Source of the DNA: Nannocystis bainbridge
GTDB lineage: Bacteria > Myxococcota_A > Polyangia > Nannocystales > Nannocystaceae
Length of the DNA stretch: 64,000 bases
Reading direction: 5' to 3'
Assembly (NCBI RefSeq): GCF_028368995.1
Contig: NZ_JAQNDL010000001.1
Location: 4,224,001 to 4,288,000 of the forward strand
Part shown: piece after piece, positions 48,895 through 58,288 of the stretch
Layout: every line of letters begins with the position of its first letter
Position numbering within the stretch: the stretch's first letter is position 1
Made by a program: the position numbers and the translations under genes
Notes under the pieces: generated by a model
Told to the model about the DNA's origin: nothing
Seen by the model: the letters and a program-made list of their open reading frames with translations, nothing else
Databases searched by the model: none

Positions 48895-49233
48895 ATGTTC
48901 AAGCAGATCCGTACCTTCCTGTCCCTGTCCACCCTCGCGGCCGCGCTGTTGACGGCCACGCCGGCCTTCGCCGCGCCGACCCTCGAGGGCCAGGTCAACC
49001 TCAACACCGCGACCGTCGAGCAGCTCGAGCTGCTCCCGGGCATCGGTCCGGCGATGGCCAAGAAGATCGTCGACTACCGCGCCAGCAAGCCGTTCCAGGA
49101 GACCAACCACCTCGTCCGGATCAAGGGCATCGGGCCCAAGACCTTCGCCAAGCTCAAGCAGTACCTCGTGCTCAAGGGCGAGACCAACCTGCGCGAAGTC
49201 CCGAAGGACGAGTTGGCCACCAAGCAGCCCTGA
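48895..49233 (+). CDS. comEA: ComEA-family helix-hairpin-helix DNA-binding protein
   Basis: Signal peptide, VNLNTATVEQLELLPGIGPAMAKKIVDYR, IKGIGPKT; GGAG RBS. Confidence 0.9.
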   Translation: MFKQIRTFLSLSTLAAALLTATPAFAAPTLEGQVNLNTATVEQLELLPGIGPAMAKKIVDYRASKPFQETNHLVRIKGIGPKTFAKLKQYLVLKGETNLREVPKDELATKQP

Positions 49234-49414
49234 GCCGCTCGCTCTGGCCAGCCGGGGCACGAGCACGGGCGTGACGGGCGAGGGATTCTCCGTGGCCCGC
49301 TCATCGCGACGGTCTGCACTCCACCACGATGACGCTCGTCGCGCTCGTGCTCGTGCTCCGACCGGCCGGAGCAATGTCCTTCGCGACATGTCCCGAAGAA
49401 CACTTTAAAGAAAA

Positions 49415-49608
49415 GTGGGCTCCCCGGTGAGCCTTGGTTCCCCTCTCGCCTCGGAGGCCGCGACCGGCGCGCAGCGATCGGTGAGCGTCCCTCCTTCACC
49501 TCGCCCCGACGTCACGAAGCGCCGGCCCGCGGTCCTCCGAGCATTTCGCAGCATCATCACCACTTTTGTTTGCGAGCCATCAATGTGCTGGAACCCCTCG
49601 AAGCCCAC
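49415..49608 (-). ncRNA. candidate structured ncRNA, long rod with internal bubble (6S-RNA-like size and shape)
   Basis: Nested minus-strand helices GUGGGCUUC/GGAGCCCAC, GGUUCC/GGAACC, CUCGC/GCGAG, CUCGGAGG/CCUCCGAG, CCGCG/CGCGG, GCCGGCGC/GCGCCGGU, GGUGA/UCACC; G-U pairs favour the minus strand; ends in UUUUCUUU. Confidence 0.55.
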
Positions 49609-49680
49609 GCGCTGCTCGCCCGTCGCCCACCTGCGCTTCTCCCGTGCACGTCCCGCCGGGACGGGTTAAGGTTCCGGGGC

Positions 49681-50649
49681 GTGCGCTCGCGTCTCCTCGT
49701 TCCCGTCTTCGCTGCGCTCCTCGCCGCTGCTGCGGCCGGATGCCGACCGCCCGAGATCCTCCCGCCCTACGCGACGGGGCAGGCGCCCAGGTCCGACGCC
49801 TTGCTCGGCGCGGCGGCGCCGAAGATCTCCGCCCTTCAGGTCCCGGTCGCCAAGATCCGCATCGGTCGCGCGCCGAGCGGCAACCTCATGTTCCTGGCCC
49901 AAAAGCCAGGTCGATTCTCCGGCCAGATCCAGATCGCCGGCCACGAGTTCGTGTCGCTCGCCTTCAACGAGCGCGGCTACACCCTGCGCAACGTCGCCGC
50001 CGACAACCTCCCGGCCGGCTTCTTCGCCGGGCCCCCGGCTGACTGCGCGATCCAGCGGCTGCTCGGGGTCCCGTTCGCCGCGCGCGAGCTGGTGTCGCTG
50101 GTGCTGGGCGGCGCTCCGGTGCTCGCCCCGCCGTACGAGGTCGTGGCGCAGAGCTGGGATCCACGCCACGGCCACGAGGTCTTGCGCCTGCGCGCCCCCG
50201 GCTACGAGCAAGAGCTGCGGTTCGCCTTCGTCGACGGCGTGTGGTGGTCCGCGGGCGGCACGCTGTGGCAGCGCCGCGCCGACGGCCAGCTGGCGCGCAT
50301 GTGGTCGCTCCTGCACGAGGAGCTGCGCCCCGTCGACGGCACGGTGCTGCCGCGTCGCACCCGCCTCGCCGGTCCCAGCACCCGCCGCCAGGACCTCGTC
50401 ATCATCACCTACGGCGCCCAGGCCGTCGATCCCGACCTGGGTGGCAGCGCGGCCGTGGCCGGCGACGACGAGGCCGGCTGGGAGGACGAGGACACCGCCA
50501 GTCCGCCCGGCGATGGCGACGGCGACGAAGCACCTGTCCCCGGGGACACCTCCGCGACTCCGCCATCACCGCCCAGCGATGCAGCGATCCCCCCGCAGTT
50601 CACCCTCGACGGCGCCGGTCTGGCGCCGCGCGGCGAACTCTGCCGCTAG
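49681..50649 (+). CDS. hypothetical lipoprotein (DUF4292/LolB-like)
   Basis: Lipobox AAGC after GTG 49681; beta-rich core; acidic tail. Confidence 0.65.
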   Translation: MRSRLLVPVFAALLAAAAAGCRPPEILPPYATGQAPRSDALLGAAAPKISALQVPVAKIRIGRAPSGNLMFLAQKPGRFSGQIQIAGHEFVSLAFNERGYTLRNVAADNLPAGFFAGPPADCAIQRLLGVPFAARELVSLVLGGAPVLAPPYEVVAQSWDPRHGHEVLRLRAPGYEQELRFAFVDGVWWSAGGTLWQRRADGQLARMWSLLHEELRPVDGTVLPRRTRLAGPSTRRQDLVIITYGAQAVDPDLGGSAAVAGDDEAGWEDEDTASPPGDGDGDEAPVPGDTSATPPSPPSDAAIPPQFTLDGAGLAPRGELCR

Positions 50650-50845
50650 CCGACCCGCGGCCGGCTCGCTACCTGATCACGCCCCGCAGTTCAGCCTCGA
50701 CGGCGCCGATCTGGCGCCGCGCGGCGAACTCTGCCGCTAGCCGACCCGGGACCGGCTCGCTGCCGATCGCGCCCCCGCAATTCACCCTCGACGGCGCCGG
50801 TCTGGCCCCGCGCGACGAAATCTGCCGCTAGCCGACCCGCGGCCC
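50590..50845. repeat. 91-bp tandem triplication of the lipoprotein gene 3' end
   Basis: ...PQFTLDGAGLAPRGELCR-TAG coding block repeated; stops at 50649, 50740, 50831. Confidence 0.9.
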
Positions 50846-50868
50846 GATCAAGGGGTAGCCCCGCGAGC

Positions 50869-50924
50869 TGTCTCTCGGCGCATGCTCCGAAGGGCATGTC
50901 CTTCGGAGCATGTCCCTTCGGCCA
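50869..50924. repeat. four head-to-tail 14-bp palindromic units
   Basis: tgtc tctcgg cgca|tgct ccgaag ggca|tgtc cttcgg agca|tgtc ccttcg gcca, abutting the stop at 50925. Confidence 0.8.
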
Positions 50925-52115
<1,191 letters not shown>

Positions 52116-52311
52116 GGGCTCTACTATACGCAGATCGCGTCGCGCGCGGCAAAACTGCTGCCGTCTTCAGGCCCCACCCGCAGCGCGATTTCGCACACAT
52201 TCCGCGCGCGGCTCACGCGGGTCGGCGAGCGAGCGAACCACGTTTCACGAGGATCGCCTGACCATGACGACATGGTCTTTGCGCCCGGCGGCTCGCCGGC
52301 TTGCGAGTGGT

Positions 52312-53067
52312 TCAGCGCGAAACGACGGCGCGCGCCGGCTCGTCCGGTTCGTCGAGGAACTCGCGGACCGCGGCATAGAACGGCTGGGCGATGACCAGCG
52401 AAGAGTGACCGCCCGGTAACACGACGTAATCGTTCTCGCGGTCGACGCCCTCGATCGGCCCGGGGTCAGGGCACAGCGCGTCGGCGTCGGCGTGGATCTG
52501 CCGCAGCCGCACGCCCGCCGGCAGCGGGGCCCCGCGCAGGTCCTTGAGGAACCGGCTGCCGGGACGGACCTGCCACACCGAAGCGCTGACGAGCCCGATC
52601 GTCGCCATGCCCGCGAGCGACATCCACGTCCCGCCGAGCGGCGTGCCCATCAACGCCAGCCGGCGCACGTGCCGGTGCGCTTGCAGGAACTTGACCGCGT
52701 GCAGCGAGACCAGCCCACCCATGCTGAAGCCGACCACGTCGACGCGATCGATCTCGAGGCTCTCCGTCAGCCCGCGCAGCTTGACCGCCAGCTCCTCGGC
52801 CGACCGCGTCAGCGAACCGAGCTGCAACATCCCGTGGTGGTAGCTGAACACCACCTTGCCGTCCGACTGCAGGCGCCGGGTCAGCGGCAACATCGTCCCG
52901 CGCGTGCCGAGGAACCCGTGCACCAGCACCACCGGCCGGCTGCCGGGCTCGACCCAGGACATGTCTCCGGCGACCCGATTGCCGCGCAGGAGGTGACGCG
53001 CGTAGCCAAAGCCGTGGCTGATCGTCTCCGTCGCGTGCTGGATCATCCCTCGCTGTCGCTTCGCCAC
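52312..53067 (-). CDS. alpha/beta hydrolase (lipase/esterase)
   Basis: VVLVHGFLG, GFSMGG nucleophile elbow, GTP, GGHS. Confidence 0.88.
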   Translation of the reverse strand: MAKRQRGMIQHATETISHGFGYARHLLRGNRVAGDMSWVEPGSRPVVLVHGFLGTRGTMLPLTRRLQSDGKVVFSYHHGMLQLGSLTRSAEELAVKLRGLTESLEIDRVDVVGFSMGGLVSLHAVKFLQAHRHVRRLALMGTPLGGTWMSLAGMATIGLVSASVWQVRPGSRFLKDLRGAPLPAGVRLRQIHADADALCPDPGPIEGVDRENDYVVLPGGHSSLVIAQPFYAAVREFLDEPDEPARAVVSR

Positions 53068-53153
53068 TGCTTCCTACCTTAGCAGCACGAGGGGGCCGGA
53101 CCGCAAGACTCGGCGCCGCGCGCGGAGGTCGTACACGTGTCCGCCGCTCGGGC

Positions 53154-54110
53154 TCAGCGCGAGCGATCGGGGCGCGACAGGGCCAGCGCGGGCGTCGGCG
53201 ACTCGGGCAGCATGCCGCGGAACACCTCGTCGCGCCCGCCGGTCCCGAGCGCCAGGCAGCGGGCGCGCGCCTCACTGGCCAGGCGCGTGCCCGGGAACGA
53301 CTGCATCGCCTGCTCGTAGCGCGCGACCGCCTGCTTGCGCTCGCCCACCTGCTCGTACGCCTGCCCGAGGTGGAACAGGTAGACCACGCGCGCAGGGTTG
53401 TAGCCGAGCGACTCGAGCCCGTGCTCGAGCAGCGCCGCCGCCTCGCCGGCCCGACCCATGCGGGCCAGGCACAGGCCCTCGAGCGCGTTCCAGGCCTGGG
53501 CCACGGTCGGCTGGTAGGCCGGCGGGACGAAGCGCAGGCAGGCGTCGCGGTCGCCGCGGATCTTCGCCAACAACTCGGCCGAGGCCGGTTCGGCGACGCA
53601 GGCGATCTCGTGCCGACCGAACGCCGCGAGCGCCTGCAGATGCGGCGACAGCTTGGTCGAGCTGTCGTCGTAGAGCGCACCGGCTTCTTCGAGCCGCCAC
53701 TCGGCCACCAGCAGCCCGCCGAGCTGCGCCCGCGCCAGCCACTGCCGCTCCACGCTCACCGCCTCGCCCGCGGCCGCCAGCGCGAGCTCGCGCCGCAGGT
53801 GTTGCTCGATCTCTCGGTGCCGCCCGGTAGCGATCGCGCGCCGCAGCACCTCCGCCTCCAGCATCGCTCGCCGTCGCCGGTCGCGCCCCACCAGCCACGC
53901 GCCGAGCGACATGCTGAACACCAGCGCCGCGATCGCCGTGACCTCGCCGGAGCAGCCGGGCAGCAGCACCAGGGTCGGCAGGAAGAACCACGCGCCTCGC
54001 ACCTCTTCACCATAGCGCGACGCGACCGCCTCGCGCAGGCGTGCGAATTTTTTTGCCCGCCGTGCAAAAGAAGGCCGGCTCGCATCGACCTCAGGGGGAC
54101 CATGTCGCAC
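53154..54110 (-). CDS. membrane-anchored tetratricopeptide-repeat protein (start uncertain, possibly ~54003)
   Basis: TM segment, then TPR-like YLFHLGQAYEQVGERKQAVARYEQAMQSFPG. Confidence 0.7.
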   Translation of the reverse strand: MRHGPPEVDASRPSFARRAKKFARLREAVASRYGEEVRGAWFFLPTLVLLPGCSGEVTAIAALVFSMSLGAWLVGRDRRRRAMLEAEVLRRAIATGRHREIEQHLRRELALAAAGEAVSVERQWLARAQLGGLLVAEWRLEEAGALYDDSSTKLSPHLQALAAFGRHEIACVAEPASAELLAKIRGDRDACLRFVPPAYQPTVAQAWNALEGLCLARMGRAGEAAALLEHGLESLGYNPARVVYLFHLGQAYEQVGERKQAVARYEQAMQSFPGTRLASEARARCLALGTGGRDEVFRGMLPESPTPALALSRPDRSR

Positions 54111-55274
54111 GTCCCGCCTGATCTTGCCTCACGCCCGCGCCGGTCGGCGTCGCTCTCGACCCGTTCGCCCGCACCTGCCGCCGGCCCCTCCTCGCTCGCA
54201 GTCGGCCCTCTGCCCGCGCCGCCGGAGGCGCGAGCCTCGGCCCCGGCCTCGCGGAGATCGGCCGGCCTCGCAGCGACCTCGACCTCCCGCGCGCGACGGC
54301 TCGCTGCGCGCTCGCTCGTCCACGCGCGACGGTCTGCCGCGGGCGCCTCGACGCGAGCCACGACCTCGGCTCGATGCCTCGCTGCCGCCCCCGCGCGCGT
54401 CGCCTCCGCGCGTGCCGTCACAGAACGGGCCGACGCGAAATCACCACTCGCCAGCTCTCCCGCCTCGCGCTCGCGACCTGCTCGCCTCTCGAGCGCCTCG
54501 CCTGCCGCCAACACCACGCCTCCCACCGGCTTGCTCTCATCGACGCATCCCGGCGTCGCCGCCCCGCCAACGCGCCTCGCCGGCGTGCGGTCGCGGCCCG
54601 CCAGGCCCGACTGCGCCGTCCCGGCCTTGCGCGCCTTGCTCGTCGATCCTGGCCAGTGTGCCCGTCATCCTGGCGCTCTCGCCCGCGAGCTCGCCCCCGG
54701 GTTGTGCGAGCTCGTCGCCTGTATCGCGCCGGACGGTCGCTGCGAGATCGCCGATCGCCGTGACCTCGCCGCCACCGGGCTCGGTCCTGCCGGTCTGTTT
54801 CATCGCGCGCGCCTCGGCACCTGCAGCGAGCGCCTCGAGTTCGCGCTCGCGGCTCCCTCCGAAGGTGTCCATGCGTACATGCTCGGAGGGCCAGGTCGGG
54901 TCGACACCGCCGCCGCCGTGCTCGAGCTCGAGGCGCTGCTCGGACAGCCGCCTGGGCCGGTGGGCACCGTCGTCGCCTTCCCCGCCCGCGGCACCGCCCT
55001 GTTCATCGCCCCTGGCGCCCGCCGCCTGCGGCGCTCGCTGGTCGCCTGGGGCCTGCGACAGTTCTGGTGCGCCGAGCCCGAGGCCGCCCCGGTCAGCGTC
55101 GGCGACACCCTCCGCTTCATGGCCGGCTGGGCCCGCGACGCCTATCGCACCCTCCCCGGCCCGATCTCCCCTCTGCTCTACTGGCACCATCAGGGCAAGC
55201 TCAGCGTGCTCGGCGACCTCGGCCTCTCGCACCTGCCCCGCGAGCTGGCCCGGCTGGTCCTCGCCAGCGCCTGA
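54102..55274 (+). CDS. hypothetical protein (low-complexity N-terminus, globular C-terminus)
   Basis: ATG 54102 after GGGGGA; C-terminal AYRTLPGPISPLLYWHHQGK looks like real coding sequence; start uncertain. Confidence 0.5.
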   Translation: MSHVPPDLASRPRRSASLSTRSPAPAAGPSSLAVGPLPAPPEARASAPASRRSAGLAATSTSRARRLAARSLVHARRSAAGASTRATTSARCLAAAPARVASARAVTERADAKSPLASSPASRSRPARLSSASPAANTTPPTGLLSSTHPGVAAPPTRLAGVRSRPARPDCAVPALRALLVDPGQCARHPGALARELAPGLCELVACIAPDGRCEIADRRDLAATGLGPAGLFHRARLGTCSERLEFALAAPSEGVHAYMLGGPGRVDTAAAVLELEALLGQPPGPVGTVVAFPARGTALFIAPGARRLRRSLVAWGLRQFWCAEPEAAPVSVGDTLRFMAGWARDAYRTLPGPISPLLYWHHQGKLSVLGDLGLSHLPRELARLVLASA

Positions 55275-55532
55275 GTCGGTGCGAGACTTGTTACACATTC
55301 GCCACGCCATCATCTGTCCTTCGGGACATCTCTTGCCAGCGATGATTCCGCGTCCTCGCAAGCGCGGATCGTCCGCTCTGCATCGAGCAGTCGCCTCACT
55401 CGCATCGGGTCTCGCAAGCCGAGCACGTTCATCGGCATCAACCCTCCGGGGGTGCGCTCACGGCAGCGGCGGTCCGCGCGCCGCCCCGTCTCCTCCTGCC
55501 GCACCGGCCTTCGCCTGCTAGGCTCCTCGCCC

Positions 55533-56576
55533 GTGCCGCGTCCCGTCGACAACCCGCCGAACCCGTGGCTATCGACCCACGTCGAGTACTTCGGCGAGCC
55601 CCCGCCTGCGGGCCTCGAGGTGTTCGAGGAGGAAGCGCGCAGCGTCGTCGCCAGCAACGACAGCCCGGACATCCCGTTTCGCCACAGCGTCAACCCTTAC
55701 CGTGGCTGCTATCACGGCTGCGCCTATTGTTACGCCCGGCCCTCGCACCAGTACCTCGGCTGGGGCGCCGGCACCGACTTCGAGCGCAAGATCGTCGTCA
55801 AGGTCAACGCCCCTACCCTGCTGCGGCAGTTCCTCGCCCGCCCCAAATGGAACCGCGACCTGCTCGCCTTCAGCGGCGTCACCGACTGTTATCAACCGCT
55901 CGAGGCCCACTACGGCCTCACCCGCGGCTGCCTCGAGGCTTGCCTCGAGTTCGCCAACCCGGTCGGCATCATCACCAAGGGCCCGCTGGTCGCCCGCGAC
56001 GTCGACCTCCTCGTCGAGCTGAACCGCCGCGCCAGCGTCTCGGTCACGATCAGCATCCCCTTCATCGACGACGCCATGGCCCGGCGGATCGAGCCCTCGG
56101 TCGCGCGGCCGTCGAAGCGACTCCAGGCGCTCGCCACCCTGAGCGCTGCCGGGATCCGCACCGGCGTCGGCGTCGCCCCCGTGATCCCCGGCCTCAACGA
56201 CAGCCAGATCCCCCAGATCCTCGCGCGCGCCCGCGAGTGCGGCGCGCAGAACGCCTTCCTCACCCTGCTGCGCCTCCCGGCCGAGGTCTTGCCGGTGTTC
56301 GACGCTCGCCTCAAAGAGGCCGAGCCGCTGCGTCACGCCCATGTGCTCTCGGCCATCCGCGACGTCCGCCGCGGCGCCATGAACAGCGCCCAGTTCGGCC
56401 AGCGCATGCAGGGCGAGGGCCCGCGCTGGCAGGCCATCGAGCAGCTGTTCACGGTCCACGCCCGCCGCCTCGGTTTTAATATCGATCCGCCGCAGATGCC
56501 GGCCCAGGCCACCATGCGCGCCGAACCTGTCCCCAAGGTCAGGCCCCGGCAGCGCTCCCTCTTCGGCGACGACTGA
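55533..56576 (+). CDS. PA0069-family radical SAM protein (SplB-like, DNA-repair associated)
   Basis: NDSPDIPF, NPYRGCYHGCAYCYAR (CxxxCxxC), TDCYQP, APVIPGLND. Confidence 0.92.
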   Translation: MPRPVDNPPNPWLSTHVEYFGEPPPAGLEVFEEEARSVVASNDSPDIPFRHSVNPYRGCYHGCAYCYARPSHQYLGWGAGTDFERKIVVKVNAPTLLRQFLARPKWNRDLLAFSGVTDCYQPLEAHYGLTRGCLEACLEFANPVGIITKGPLVARDVDLLVELNRRASVSVTISIPFIDDAMARRIEPSVARPSKRLQALATLSAAGIRTGVGVAPVIPGLNDSQIPQILARARECGAQNAFLTLLRLPAEVLPVFDARLKEAEPLRHAHVLSAIRDVRRGAMNSAQFGQRMQGEGPRWQAIEQLFTVHARRLGFNIDPPQMPAQATMRAEPVPKVRPRQRSLFGDD

Positions 56577-56849
56577 CTCGCCGGGAGCGCCGCACCACCT
56601 GTCCCGAAGGTCAGGCCGCGACGCTCTTACTTCGATCACCATCGGTCCGCGCACGACCTGCCCCCGAGGACAGGCTCATCGATCGCTCGGCGATGACCTG
56701 CCTTTCGCCTTACCTGTCCCCAGAGACATACACGTGGATCACCGCTCTGGGCGACGTCCACCCTGCTCCGGCGAAGTCATCAACCTCGAGGACAGGCAGA
56801 CCTCTTTGGTGCGCCTTTTTATAAGCGTCCCGAGCACAGGTCGCGCGCA

Positions 56850-57890
56850 TCAGCCCCAGCGGGCTCGCACGATCCAGAACCCTGGCACCTCGTGCGTCTC
56901 GATCTGCGCGCGCATGTCCTTCAGCACCTGCACCAGCCGACCCGAGCGGTTGACCACGAACCACGCCTCTCCGCCCGGGCGCAGCCAGTGCGGCAGCGGC
57001 TTCACCAGCGCCGCGAACGCCTCGGGCGGCGCGTGCGTCGGCGGATTGACCAGCGCCAGCTCGACCGTCCCGCGCCACGGGTGACTCGCCGGCAGCCCGT
57101 CCGACACCAGCGCCTCCACGCGCTCGCAGCCGAGGCGCCTCGCGTTCTCGCGGACCAGGTCCGCCGCGATCACGTTGCTCTCGACCGCCAGCACATGCGC
57201 TTTCGGCCAGGTCTTGGCCGCCCACAGCCCCAGCGGACCGATGCCTGCTCCGAGGTCGAGCACCCGGCGCGGCATCGCTGGTTCGGCCGCCGCCAGCGCC
57301 GTCAGCAGCGCGCGCGTGCCGTCGTCGAGGTGTTTGCGGCAGAACACCCCCGGCGCCGAGACCAGCGGCACCTCGCCGAGCAGTGGTTCGGCGATCTCGT
57401 GGCGCACTGCCAGCAGCTCGGCGGCTGCCTGCGCGTCGAACCGCTCGGTCTTCTCGGCCGCCAGCAGGTGGTAGCCGCGGTCGCGCTCCACCGTCTCGCA
57501 CGAGCCGAGCAGCGCCGCGATCGTGCGGGCCAGCGAGGCCGCGCCTTTGTCCTTGCGGACGGCGCACAGCAGGCGTCCGCCGGGCAGCAGCACCGAAGCT
57601 GCGAGGGCCAGGCAGGCCTCGGAGAAGTCCTTGCCGAGGTGCGCGCGCGGCCACACCACGGCGGCGCGGAAGCGCGGCGTGATGTCGACCGCCCACGGTG
57701 CGACGAGCGCCGCCGGTTCTTCCGCAGACTGCTCGCGGACATCGAGGGCCCAGCGCGTCGCCCCCGGGCGCAGACCGGGCAGCGGCCCGCCGTACACCAG
57801 CGCCAGCGCTTGCGGCGGCAGGTCTTGAACTGCCTGGGCGAGCAGGCGCACGCCCGGGTCCGAGGGATTAAAGAGGTTCTCGCCCTGCAC
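56850..57890 (-). CDS. RsmC/RlmG-like small methyltransferase
   Basis: PGVFC..HLDDGTRALL, VLDLGAGIG, NPPTH, KDKGA. Confidence 0.85.
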   Translation of the reverse strand: MQGENLFNPSDPGVRLLAQAVQDLPPQALALVYGGPLPGLRPGATRWALDVREQSAEEPAALVAPWAVDITPRFRAAVVWPRAHLGKDFSEACLALAASVLLPGGRLLCAVRKDKGAASLARTIAALLGSCETVERDRGYHLLAAEKTERFDAQAAAELLAVRHEIAEPLLGEVPLVSAPGVFCRKHLDDGTRALLTALAAAEPAMPRRVLDLGAGIGPLGLWAAKTWPKAHVLAVESNVIAADLVRENARRLGCERVEALVSDGLPASHPWRGTVELALVNPPTHAPPEAFAALVKPLPHWLRPGGEAWFVVNRSGRLVQVLKDMRAQIETHEVPGFWIVRARWG

Positions 57891-58288
57891 GGCGCGGAGG
57901 GATAACAGCGGGGCGCCTGGCGCGCAATTCAGCTCATGTGATGCGCGTCGTCCCGGGCTTCGCCCGCGTCAGCGCACGCCCGACCGCGCCCCTCACGAAA
58001 CGGCCCTGGAGCGGCCCTTGAAGGACCGTTGCCGGCGCCTGCGGTCGTCATTGATCGCGGGCTCCCTGGCAAATCCGGCCGATTGCGCGATTGGGGGTGG
58101 ACCCGCGAAACGCCCCGTGTTAAAGCACCTGCGGACCCTCCGCCGGCCTGGCGTGTATTCGCCGCGGTCGTCGTGGGGCCCATGTGCTTGTTGGAGCTCT
58201 CGGCGACCCCCTTCCGCGGGTTGTCGCGCGGGTCCGGCTACCGAGGCGTGGCCGACCGTGTCTGCCCCGTCATCGTCCCAGGATCTGC

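Noticed and set aside
50590-50845. Diversity-generating retroelement VR/TR pair (also 35043-35669)
   Set aside because: Differences are not confined to adenines and no reverse transcriptase is present.
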